Both the position numbers and the translations under genes were made by a program. The notes under the pieces are model-generated. The model was not told where the DNA came from, searched no databases, and was given only the letters and a program-made list of their open reading frames with translations. A DNA stretch of 64,000 nucleotides from Acidobacteriota bacterium (lineage in GTDB: Bacteria; Acidobacteriota; Thermoanaerobaculia; UBA5066; Gp7-AA6), in NCBI GenBank assembly GCA_020199905.1, contig JAIVJS010000075.1, positions 4,521-68,520 on the forward strand. Direction: 5' to 3'. Positions 35,421 through 43,929 of this stretch are shown here, piece by piece. Each line of letters starts with the position of its first letter. Positions within the stretch are counted from its first letter, which is position 1.

Positions 35421-36926
35421 ATGGGCTGGCTCGCCAACATCGCGGGGAGAAAGAGCGACTCGCACACCGGCGAGCGGAACTCGGGCACGCTCGACCCCTT
35501 CCCCGGTCCGGCAACGGGGGCCGAGAGCGCCATCGGGCGCAAGATCGGCAAGTACGACATCGTCTCCAAGATCGGCGCGGGGGGGTTCGGGACGGTCTAC
35601 GAGGCCTTCGACCCGCTCATCCAGCGCAAGGTCGCCATCAAGACGTGCGAGGTCGGCTCGCCCGAAATCCGGGCGAGGACCTTTCAGGAGGCGCAGCTCG
35701 CCGGCCGCCTCCAGCATCCCAACATCACGACCGTCTACGAGTTCGGCGTCGAAGACGACGTGCCGTACATCGTCCAGGAATTTCTTCCGGGCGAAGACCT
35801 CGACCGGCTGATCGCGCGGGGCGAGCCCCTCCTCCTGTCGGACAAGTTGAAGATCCTGGTCGGGGTCGCGATCGGGCTCGAGTACGCGCACAAAGCCGGG
35901 GTGATTCATCGCGACATCAAGCCGGCCAACATCCGCGTGCTCGACGGGCACGCGATCAAGATCATGGACTTCGGGATCGCGAAGGCGCAGAACCAGGAGA
36001 CCGAGATCACCAAGGCGGGGGTCGCGGTCGGTTCGGCGGGCTACATGTCCCCCGAACAGATCTGCGGCGATCCGGTCGACCACCGGACCGACATCTTTTC
36101 CTTCGGGCTCCTCGCCTACGAGCTCCTGACGCGGCAGAAGGCATTTCGCAACGAAAACCTCTTCAAGCTCCTGGAAACGATCGTCAAGGAAGAGCCGCCG
36201 CCGCTCGAAGAACAGGCTCCCGACACGCCGCAGCCGCTGGTGGACATCGTCCGCCGATGCATGCGAAAGGAGCCGGCGGACCGGTTTCAGACCGCGCGGG
36301 AGCTCCGCGATGCCCTCCTCGAAGTGCACGAGCAGATTCCGTCGACACCCCTCTCCGGGGTGCATCCCCTCATGCCGCCCGACGAAACGACGCGGCTCGC
36401 CGCGCTCGGCCGCTTCGAGATCCTCGATTCGGAGCCCGAGCCCGAGTTCGACGACCTCGCCCATCTTGCCGCGCAGATATGCGGCACGCCCATCGCTCTC
36501 GTCACCTTCGTCGACCGCGACCGGCAGTGGTTCAAGGCCCGCGTCGGCGTCGAGGCGACCGAAACGCCCCGCGACCACGCGCTCTGCGCGCATGCGATCC
36601 TGGGCCGGAACCCCCTCGTCCTGCGCGATCTCTCGGCCGACGAACGGTTCGCCCGCAACCCGATGGTCACCGGACCGATGAAGCTGCGGTTCTATGCCGG
36701 GGCGCCCCTCGTCACGACCGACGGTCACGCAATCGGCACGGTCTGCGTGCTCGACCGGGTTCCCCGCGAGCTCTCGGAGGCTCAGCTGGAAGGGCTGCGC
36801 GCGCTCGCGCGGCAGGCGCTTTCGCTTCTGGAGCTCCGCCGCCGGGTTCGCTTCGACCGCGGCCGTTCCGGAGAGGCGCTCGTCCGGGAGGCTTCCGGAA
36901 TCACGGGATCGGAGCGGCGGACGTGA
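35421..36926 (+). CDS. Serine/threonine protein kinase with C-terminal GAF domain
   Basis: Hanks kinase motifs GAGGFGTVYEA, VAIK, HRDIKPANI, DFGIAKA, SPE. C-terminal ~160 aa GAF-like (LAALGRFEILDSEPEPEFDDLAHLAAQICGTPIALVTFVDRDRQWFKAR...GTVCVLDRVPRELSEAQL). Confidence 0.85.
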   Translation: MGWLANIAGRKSDSHTGERNSGTLDPFPGPATGAESAIGRKIGKYDIVSKIGAGGFGTVYEAFDPLIQRKVAIKTCEVGSPEIRARTFQEAQLAGRLQHPNITTVYEFGVEDDVPYIVQEFLPGEDLDRLIARGEPLLLSDKLKILVGVAIGLEYAHKAGVIHRDIKPANIRVLDGHAIKIMDFGIAKAQNQETEITKAGVAVGSAGYMSPEQICGDPVDHRTDIFSFGLLAYELLTRQKAFRNENLFKLLETIVKEEPPPLEEQAPDTPQPLVDIVRRCMRKEPADRFQTARELRDALLEVHEQIPSTPLSGVHPLMPPDETTRLAALGRFEILDSEPEPEFDDLAHLAAQICGTPIALVTFVDRDRQWFKARVGVEATETPRDHALCAHAILGRNPLVLRDLSADERFARNPMVTGPMKLRFYAGAPLVTTDGHAIGTVCVLDRVPRELSEAQLEGLRALARQALSLLELRRRVRFDRGRSGEALVREASGITGSERRT

Positions 36927-37279
36927 GCGGCGAGCCCCGCATCCTGGTGGTGGACGACGACGCCAGCGTCCGGGAAGCGCTCCGCGATCTCCTCTCGGGA
37001 GAAGGGTACGCGGTCGTCACCGCCGACGACGGGCAGGACGCCCTGGATCGCCTCGGCTCGATGGATCCTCCCTGCCTGATCCTCCTCGACCTTCGGATGC
37101 CGCGCATCGACGGATGGGAGTTTCTCGCCCGTCGCGACGGGCCCGGCAAGAAGACGCCCGTCGTCCTGCTGTCGGGAATGGCCTTCATCCGCGACGCTCC
37201 CGGCGTCGCCGACTTCCTGGCCAAGCCGATTCGGCCGGATAAGCTCCTCGACTGCGTCCGGCGATTCTGCAAGCGCTGA
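36923..37279 (+). CDS. Single-domain response regulator (CheY-like receiver)
   Basis: GTG overlaps the kinase stop (GTGA). ILVVDDD, conserved Asp in LILLDLRMP, terminal K in FLAKP. Confidence 0.8.
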   Translation: MSGEPRILVVDDDASVREALRDLLSGEGYAVVTADDGQDALDRLGSMDPPCLILLDLRMPRIDGWEFLARRDGPGKKTPVVLLSGMAFIRDAPGVADFLAKPIRPDKLLDCVRRFCKR

Positions 37280-37593
37280 GCCCGGGTCTGGGAACCGAAA
37301 CGGCCAGCTTCGCGTCGGCGGATGATCGAGCCGTTCCTCTCTCCAACTTTCGGGCCATGCCTCAGAGTTTCCGTCTTCTCCGCGCGGACGCCGCGCGGAC
37401 CGATCCCCAGAAAGCCGGCGCGGGCGACACGCGCGGACGCTCCAACCGGGAGACTCCGTCCTGCACACGGAGCGGTGGTCGCTCCACCACTCCGTGATCG
37501 CGGAGGAGCCCCGAGTCTCGGGGCCCGACGAGATCGAGGCCGCTGTCGAGCGCGCGGTCCCGGGAATCTTCGAAGCCGACCTGTGAGGAAAGG

Positions 37594-38025
37594 TCAGCGG
37601 TTCAGCCGGCGCGCGAGCCGGCTCACCCAGCCGAGAAATTCCTCCACGCGGATCGGCTTCTGAAGCGCCACTTCGACGTCTTTCGGACCGGTGTGCGTCT
37701 CGTCGTGGACGTAGGCGCTCAGCAGCAGGACCGGAACGTGAGCGAGCCGCGGATTCGCCTTCAACCTCGCGTGGAAGTCCCACCCGTTCATGACCGGCAT
37801 CATGAGATCCAGGATGATGAGGTCTGGCCTCGCGAGAGTTTCGAGCTGCGCCAGCGCGTGAAGTCCGTTGATGGCCTCCATCGCCTGGAAGCCCTCGTCC
37901 TCCAAAATCCGGCAGATCTCGCGCCGCAGGTCATCGTCATCTTCCACGACGAGAATCAGCGGGCGGTCGACAGGGCTGGCCGGCCCGTCCGCCGGAGAGC
38001 GCCGGCCGTCGCGGTTGAAAGACAA
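37594..38025 (-). CDS. Single-domain response regulator (CheY-like receiver)
   Basis: LILVVEDDDDLRREI, LIILDLMMPVMNGWDF, LLLSAY, LQKPI receiver signature. 143 aa. Confidence 0.8.
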   Translation of the reverse strand: MSFNRDGRRSPADGPASPVDRPLILVVEDDDDLRREICRILEDEGFQAMEAINGLHALAQLETLARPDLIILDLMMPVMNGWDFHARLKANPRLAHVPVLLLSAYVHDETHTGPKDVEVALQKPIRVEEFLGWVSRLARRLNR

Positions 38026-38029
38026 CGGA

Positions 38030-38491
38030 CTAGCTGGCGCGCTGTTGCGGGTCGATTCGGATCTGTCGCCAGCCGCAGAGATTGCAGTAGCGCACGCCGC
38101 TCGGAGAGCTGCGGGCGGTCTTCAACTCGATTCCGCACCCGGCGCAGTCGCGGATCGCGGTCCGGACTCTCCGGTTCTTCGCGGGCGGATTCGGCTGGGC
38201 AATAGCCCGGCGCCGCCCCGGGATCACGTCCGCGTGGACCACGGCGCGCGCGATGGCGAGGGCCCGCGTCTCCGCGCTGGCCGACGAGACTCTTCCCGAC
38301 CGGATGGAGAGCTCGCATTCCCACGTCCCGCCCGCGAGCCGGATTCGCGCCGTCACCGAGCGTCTCTTCAGAAAGCGCACGAGGTAATCCGCCGCCGAAT
38401 CCCGGGTGGAAAACTCCGGAATGTCGTCCGTCCAGGCGTCGAAGAGCGTCTGCACGACCCGTCGGTCGAGAGCGGCTCCGGCTTCTTCCAT
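38030..38491 (-). CDS. Hypothetical protein with C-terminal C4 zinc-ribbon
   Basis: 153 aa from MEEAGAALDRRVVQTLFDAW. CAGCG...YCNLCGW Cys pairs. 4 nt upstream of the response regulator on the same strand. The long antisense ORF upstream of it was rejected. Confidence 0.45.
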   Translation of the reverse strand: MEEAGAALDRRVVQTLFDAWTDDIPEFSTRDSAADYLVRFLKRRSVTARIRLAGGTWECELSIRSGRVSSASAETRALAIARAVVHADVIPGRRRAIAQPNPPAKNRRVRTAIRDCAGCGIELKTARSSPSGVRYCNLCGWRQIRIDPQQRAS

Positions 38492-38641
38492 AAAACAGCG
38501 ATCACAGGCAATCCACGTGCCAGTGTACCGCCCGTTTCCCGCCGGCAGGCCCGTTCGGCCCGCTTCTTGCGCTCGTTTTTCCTTTGCGCAGGCCTCGACG
38601 GCCGGAGAGACGGGACACGACCATAAGCACGAGGAGGACAC

Positions 38642-39292
38642 GTGGAACAGGAAGACTCCGTCAGGGACAGGAATCGGAGCCCGGAAGACATCGCCCGGAG
38701 AAAGCCCCGCGGGGCAAAGGCGCCCGCGAAATCGAACCGGTCGGAGCCTCCGGCCCAGGGCGAGGGGCTCCTCTCGCGGATCGTCGACGTCGTGACGGGC
38801 CGCGCCTCGGAGACCGAGGACAAGGCCCCCGAGGACGACCCGGTCAAGATGCTCGAGCGGGACCATCGCAAGGTGGAGGCGCTGTTCGAGGCGTACGAAA
38901 ACGCGGGCGAAGGCGCTAGGGCCAGGCGAAAGGAAATCGTCGAACAGATCGCGAACGAGCTCGAGATCCACGCGCAGCTCGAGGAGCGGATCTTCTACCA
39001 GGCGTTCAAGAGTGTTCGCCCGGAGGAGCCGAAGAAGCTCGTCCGCGAGTCCTTCGAGGAGCACAAGATCGTCAAGACGCTCCTGGCTGAGCTCTCCGCC
39101 CTCGAGCCGACCGACGAGCAGTTCGACGCCAAAGTCACGGTCTTGAAGGAGTCTGTCGAGCACCACGTCGAGGAAGAGGAAGACGATCTCTTTCCGGAAG
39201 CGAAAAAGCTTCTCGGCGACGAGGGGCTACGGGAGATCGCCGGACGCATGCGTGAACTCAAGGTGAAACTCCAGGCGAAAAAACGGGATTGA
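38642..39292 (+). CDS. Hemerythrin HHE cation-binding domain protein
   Basis: Repeated H/E metal-ligand helices MLERDHRKVEALFE, HAQLEERIFYQAF, EEHKIVKTLL, EHHVEEEEDDLFPEA. 216 aa. Confidence 0.75.
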   Translation: MEQEDSVRDRNRSPEDIARRKPRGAKAPAKSNRSEPPAQGEGLLSRIVDVVTGRASETEDKAPEDDPVKMLERDHRKVEALFEAYENAGEGARARRKEIVEQIANELEIHAQLEERIFYQAFKSVRPEEPKKLVRESFEEHKIVKTLLAELSALEPTDEQFDAKVTVLKESVEHHVEEEEDDLFPEAKKLLGDEGLREIAGRMRELKVKLQAKKRD

Positions 39293-39322
39293 CCCGCGAC
39301 GATCCTTCGCTCGGGGGAGCCC

Positions 39323-41077
39323 TCACCGGGAGCCCCCTCCGAGCCCTCGCCGCCGTCCCGGGCGAAGCCCGTGAAACGACGAACCGGGGAGCGCTCCGCG
39401 AATAACGCCTCTCGCTCCTCCCGCATCAAAAGTCATGAGGGACAGCGACCTCGCCGTGACCGTGTCCGGGCGCAGGAGGATGCGCGCCCAGTTCTCGTCC
39501 AGGACCGGCTGCCGATCGACCACTCGGACGGAGCCGAGGCGTCCGAGGGCGGTCTCGTCCGAGGAGTCGGCGATCACCCATCCTCGCGAGAGCACGCGCG
39601 GGACGTCCTGAATGGTCTTCGAGTCGTGCCATTCGAAGCGCGAGTAGAAGTCGAGGCTCGTGTACGTCACGGCGATCCGGAATCCTGCGCAGCCGGCGCC
39701 GCATCTCCCCCTGACGAAGTGCCCCCAGCGCGGCATCGGGTCCCAGCGCCCGAGGCGGGACTCCAGAAGGAGAAAGGCCCCGAAGACGACGGCGAGTCCG
39801 AGAGACGCGACGCCCGCCGACCGGGCCCTGTCGGAGCTCGCCCCCGCGATCAGAAAGGCGGCCGCGACGGCCGCGAATGCGGCTTCAAAGACGAGAGCCG
39901 GCGTCTCCCCCGCGAGCCTCGCAAGCGCGGGACCCGCCCGGAGCGACAGAAGAAAGAGGCAACCCGCCACGATCGCCGCTCCCTTCCAGATCCAGCGCGT
40001 GCTCGAGCGCGAAGCCCCCTGGCTCCCGAGATGTTCTCCGACGATCGCCGCCAGCGCCGGTAGCACCGGCATCAGGTAAACCTCGCGCTTCAACGCGAGA
40101 CAGGACAGAAAGAGAAACCCGAAGAGGAGCCAGCCATACGCGGCGGCTCTCTTCCGGCTCTTCCAGGCTTCCGGAAGAAAAGAGAACCAGGGGAACGTCG
40201 CGGCGCCGAGGATTCCAATGTAGTAGGTCGGAGGCCGGATGCGGGCGCAGAACGCGCGGGTCGATCCGCGCAGGACCTGGTGCTTCCAGTAGAACGACTC
40301 CCAGAAAGCGGCCCCGAATCGCACTGTCATGGCCCAGTGCCACGGCGCCAGCAGGAAGACGAAAATGAGCAAGGCCGGCGTTCCGCGCGCGAGTGGCCGC
40401 ATGGGCCGCGTCCTATCGATCGCCAGACCGGTCAGAACCGCCCCGACGGGAAGAATCACACCGATCGGTCCCTTGACCCCGAAGGAAAGCGCGAGAGCGA
40501 ATCCGGCGGCGAGACCGCTTCCGACGTCATTTGCGGTATCGCTTCGAGCGCATCGGTCGAGCAGGATGACGCTCGACGTCACGAAGAGCGTCAGAAGCGT
40601 ATCCGCGGGCGACGTCCGGGCGAATGTGGCGAACTTGAAGCTGAAGAGGAGGACGAGCGCCGTGATCGCTCCGGCCGCGTCTCCCGACCTCCGACGCACC
40701 CACAGACCGAGGATCGCCGCCGTGAGAAGAGCGGCCAGCGCGCCCGGGATCCTCTCGGCCCATAGCGATTCCCCGAACAGCCGATAGCTCGCCGCGAGAA
40801 CCCACCAGGTGATCGGCGGCTTCTCGAGAAAGGCACCGTGTTCGTATTGCGGAACCAGGAAGTCGCCAGTCCGGAGCATCTCGAGGGCAGGGTACGCATA
40901 CATCGCTTCGTTGCCGGGTTGCATCGGGGTCGCCGAGAGCCCGGCCAGATAGAGGCCCGCCGCGAGGAGCAGCCCGCTCCAGATCAGCCCTTTCGAGGAT
41001 CCCGCAGGAAGAGCGACGGCGCCCAGATTGACTCCCCCCCGACTCCGGTGGTGCCTTCGGGCGCGGCAGGAGAACAT
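39323..41077 (-). CDS. Glycosyltransferase family 39/83 (ArnT / PMT-like dolichyl-phosphate-mannose-protein mannosyltransferase fold)
   Basis: 584 aa polytopic membrane protein. N-terminal loop motif EAMYAYPALEMLRTGDFLVPQYEHGAFLEKPPITWW with the DE-like catalytic region typical of GT-C ArnT/PMT enzymes. Confidence 0.75.
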   Translation of the reverse strand: MFSCRARRHHRSRGGVNLGAVALPAGSSKGLIWSGLLLAAGLYLAGLSATPMQPGNEAMYAYPALEMLRTGDFLVPQYEHGAFLEKPPITWWVLAASYRLFGESLWAERIPGALAALLTAAILGLWVRRRSGDAAGAITALVLLFSFKFATFARTSPADTLLTLFVTSSVILLDRCARSDTANDVGSGLAAGFALALSFGVKGPIGVILPVGAVLTGLAIDRTRPMRPLARGTPALLIFVFLLAPWHWAMTVRFGAAFWESFYWKHQVLRGSTRAFCARIRPPTYYIGILGAATFPWFSFLPEAWKSRKRAAAYGWLLFGFLFLSCLALKREVYLMPVLPALAAIVGEHLGSQGASRSSTRWIWKGAAIVAGCLFLLSLRAGPALARLAGETPALVFEAAFAAVAAAFLIAGASSDRARSAGVASLGLAVVFGAFLLLESRLGRWDPMPRWGHFVRGRCGAGCAGFRIAVTYTSLDFYSRFEWHDSKTIQDVPRVLSRGWVIADSSDETALGRLGSVRVVDRQPVLDENWARILLRPDTVTARSLSLMTFDAGGARGVIRGALPGSSFHGLRPGRRRGLGGGSR

Positions 41078-41162
41078 GGACCTCTCCCATGCAGTGCCGC
41101 ACCGAAGTGCACCGCGTTGGCGACGCGCGGCGACCGGCCGTCGAGACCGGTACGAACCGGGC

Positions 41163-41549
41163 CTACGCGAGCGCGGGAGGAGCGCGGGACGGGCGGTCCC
41201 GGGGAGGTCCGCATTCGGCGGACCGGGAGGGAAGCTCGGGAGACGCGACCACCGGCGTCAGCGCGACCTGGAAAGCAGCCGCCGGGGCGGGAGCCGAAAC
41301 GAAATCCGCGTTGAAGCAGGCGAGACAGGGATGGTCCTGGACGATGTCGAAAGCCGTCAGGCCGGCCGGCTCACCGGCATCCCAGGGCCCGTCGTTTTCG
41401 AAAAGAGTGCCGGAATCACTCGGTTCGTCGAGCAGCAGATCTTCCAGGCCGTTCACATGCTGGTGGGGCGCACCCGCAACGGCCAGGAGAAAGGAGACGA
41501 GATAGGTACCGACGAGCCGCCGAAACCGGGTTGGGGACATCAGATCCAC
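41163..41549 (-). CDS. Hypothetical secreted protein
   Basis: Signal-like RFRRLVGTYLVSFLLAVAGAPHQH followed by an acidic region and CLACFN. 128 aa. Between the efflux MFP gene and the GT39 gene on the same strand. Composition is only moderately protein-like. Confidence 0.35.
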   Translation of the reverse strand: MDLMSPTRFRRLVGTYLVSFLLAVAGAPHQHVNGLEDLLLDEPSDSGTLFENDGPWDAGEPAGLTAFDIVQDHPCLACFNADFVSAPAPAAAFQVALTPVVASPELPSRSAECGPPRDRPSRAPPALA

Positions 41550-41635
41550 TATACGGCGATATCCATCGGGAGATGGTTGGGAAAAGGCGGCGGCCGGACC
41601 CCTGCGATCAGGAAGCCTCCGAAACTGGCGAACGC

Positions 41636-42616
41636 CTACTTCTCGACCGCCACCGATTTCCCCTCGGGCAGTCCGACCATGCCCGAGACGGCCACCGTGA
41701 GACCGGGCGCGATTCCTTCTCCGGCGATCTCCGTCGAGCCGTTCGACGTGAGGCCCGTCCGCACGTCGATCCAGTGGACGTGGCCGTTCTCGACCGCCGC
41801 GACCCGGGCGGTGCCGCTGACGTCGTCGCGCAGGATCGCCGCGGCGGGCAGGATCGCCGCGGCGCGCCTCTCGCCCACGGTGATCCGGGCGGTTCCGAAG
41901 AGGTTCAGCGTGAGGCGCTCCGCCGAGCCCGGCAGGTCGATGCGCACCGAGCCCGAAAAATCGGCCGCATTCGCGCCGGGAAGAATCGAGTGGACGCGCC
42001 CCGGAATCGCCGCCGGACGGCCGGTGATCTCGATAGCCGCCGGCTGACCGGGACGGATGCGCGGGAGATCGTTCTGCGGCACGTCGGCGAGAAAGACGAC
42101 GGACCCTGTATCCGCGATGGTCAGGATCTCCTGGTCTTCCGCCAGCTTGTCGCCGCTCGCCGCGGCGTGGGAGAGGACCGGCCCGTCGGCGGTCGCCGAG
42201 ATCGACTTCCGAACCAGGTTTCGCTCGGCGAGAGCCACCGCCCGCCGGGCGTCCGCCCGCTGGGACTCGGACTGAGCCTCGCGCGTCATTTCGCGCGCCC
42301 CCGAGAGCGCCGCTTCGCTCTCACGGGCGACGATGGTCGCAATCGGCTGGCCCCGCCGGACGAAGTCGCCGTCCGAGACGCGCAGATCGAGCAGAGTTCC
42401 CGCGAAGGGAGCGCGGACCTTCTGCTGAGAGAGGGCCGCGGTATGGCCCGGACCGGACACCGTCTCCGCGAGCGTCATCGACACGACGGACGCCACACGC
42501 ACCGGGGTCGGCGCGTCGGCGGCCGGCGCCGCCGGCTTCGCCGCCTCGGCGTCTTTGCGCTCCCCGCATGCCGGAACGAGAGTCAACGTCAGCGCGAGTG
42601 CGGCGATCCGCCTCAC
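41636..42616 (-). CDS. Efflux RND transporter periplasmic adaptor subunit (membrane fusion protein, HlyD family)
   Basis: GTG start overlapping the OMP stop (GTGA). Lipoprotein signal VRRIAALALTLTLVPACG. Biotinyl/lipoyl-like motif VRAPFAGTLLDLRVSDGDFVRRGQPIATI and beta-barrel domains. The upstream part of the listed 440-aa ORF is out of frame with the OMP gene. Confidence 0.8.
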   Translation of the reverse strand: MRRIAALALTLTLVPACGERKDAEAAKPAAPAADAPTPVRVASVVSMTLAETVSGPGHTAALSQQKVRAPFAGTLLDLRVSDGDFVRRGQPIATIVARESEAALSGAREMTREAQSESQRADARRAVALAERNLVRKSISATADGPVLSHAAASGDKLAEDQEILTIADTGSVVFLADVPQNDLPRIRPGQPAAIEITGRPAAIPGRVHSILPGANAADFSGSVRIDLPGSAERLTLNLFGTARITVGERRAAAILPAAAILRDDVSGTARVAAVENGHVHWIDVRTGLTSNGSTEIAGEGIAPGLTVAVSGMVGLPEGKSVAVEK

Positions 42617-43929
42617 GGCTCGCTCCAGCGCGCCGCCACGGCTTCCGCGATCCGATAGCGCGAGATGGCGTCCGACAGGCGAACCGCGGCGTCGACCGAT
42701 GCGGTATACGCGTCCAGGACCTCGAACGCTGTCGCCGCGCCCCCGCGATATCGGCTCTCCGCCTCGAGGTACGAATCGCGCGCGGAGGGCGCCGCCTCCG
42801 AGAGAATCCGGATCTGCTCGTACGTGCTCTGGAGGGTGGCCTGCGCCTGCGCGCGCTGGCGCGCCACTTCGCGTTGTTGCCGCTGGATGTTCCGCCGCGC
42901 GCTTTCGAGCCGCAGCTCGGCCTGGCGGATTCGCGAGCGGATCGCGCCGAAGTCCCACACCGGCCAGGCGAGAGAAAGGGAGAGCGAGTAGCCCGCGTCG
43001 CGGCGCACCCGGTCGCCAAAGGTCGCGTTGCGATTGACGACGAGCAGATCCGCCGGAACCAGGCGCGACGTGTCGGAGCCCAGAAAACCCACGTCCCCGC
43101 TCAGGTTCAGGTGCGGCCGGCGCTCGGCTCGCGCGGTGTCGACGTCCGCGCCGGCCGACCGCGCCTCCGAGACGGCGGCTATGACTTCCGGCGCGCGGTC
43201 GTACGGCGCGCGGAGGTCGAGGCCCGCGGGCGGAGGGGGCGCCGGCAGCGGCGCCAGAGCGAGCGGGGCGGCAGGCTCGCGCCCCAGGAGGTCATTCAGG
43301 ATCAGCCGGGCGGCATTGCGGCGAGCCTCCGCGTCCACGAAGCTGGATCGCTCGGTCGCGAGCCTCACGTCGATCTTCAGGAGGTCCGCGGCGACGCCCT
43401 GTCCGGAGGCGCGCCGGCTCTCGAGCGAGGTCCGGTACCGCGAGAGGCGATCGAGCCCGTCGCGCCTCGCCGCGGCTTCCCGCTCCGCCTGCAGGAACTC
43501 GCTGAACCGGCTGCGGACCTCGAGATCCAGATCCTTCTCGGCGATCCGGTACCGCGCGGTGGCCGCCGCGACGTCGGCTTCGCTCTTCTCGATCGCGGCG
43601 CGGCGCGCTCCTCCGTCGAAGAGGATCTGGCGGCCCACGGCCTGGAGGCGGAATTCCCCCGCGTTCGTGATCGCGGGATCGTAGCCGTTCGGCGGCGCGT
43701 AGATGAAGTCGCCCTCGACGGCGACCTTGAGCCACCGCTCCGCCCGGGCCTCGCTCACCCGTTCGCGGGCGGCCGCGACATCCAGGGCCGGAATCGGAAG
43801 GCGGACGTTGGCGGCTCGGCTCAGGGCGAGCGCCTCGTCCAGGGTGAGCGCCTCCTGCGCGGGCGCGGTCCGCGTGAGCAGCACCGCGGCCACCGCTGCC
43901 GCCAGCCGGGAGGCGGCCATCGCCCTCAC
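42613..43929 (-). CDS. TolC-family outer membrane efflux protein
   Basis: 438 aa. Signal MRAMAASRLAAAVAAVLLTRTAPAQ. Tandem OEP repeats with coiled-coil helices (LTLDEALALSRAANVRLP, ARYRIAEKDLDLEVR, two Arg/Gln-rich helical hairpins). Confidence 0.8.
   Translation of the reverse strand: MRAMAASRLAAAVAAVLLTRTAPAQEALTLDEALALSRAANVRLPIPALDVAAARERVSEARAERWLKVAVEGDFIYAPPNGYDPAITNAGEFRLQAVGRQILFDGGARRAAIEKSEADVAAATARYRIAEKDLDLEVRSRFSEFLQAEREAAARRDGLDRLSRYRTSLESRRASGQGVAADLLKIDVRLATERSSFVDAEARRNAARLILNDLLGREPAAPLALAPLPAPPPPAGLDLRAPYDRAPEVIAAVSEARSAGADVDTARAERRPHLNLSGDVGFLGSDTSRLVPADLLVVNRNATFGDRVRRDAGYSLSLSLAWPVWDFGAIRSRIRQAELRLESARRNIQRQQREVARQRAQAQATLQSTYEQIRILSEAAPSARDSYLEAESRYRGGAATAFEVLDAYTASVDAAVRLSDAISRYRIAEAVAARWSEP

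Noticed and set aside
34416-36728. 770-aa minus-strand ORF
   Set aside because: Antisense to sdhC and the Ser/Thr kinase, both of which have strong motif support.
37279-37594. Palindromic 8-mers CCGCGCGG and a GCCCCGA-GTC-TCGGGGC hairpin between the convergent receivers
   Set aside because: Short GC palindromes are expected by chance at this GC content. No U-tract. Not enough to call a terminator.
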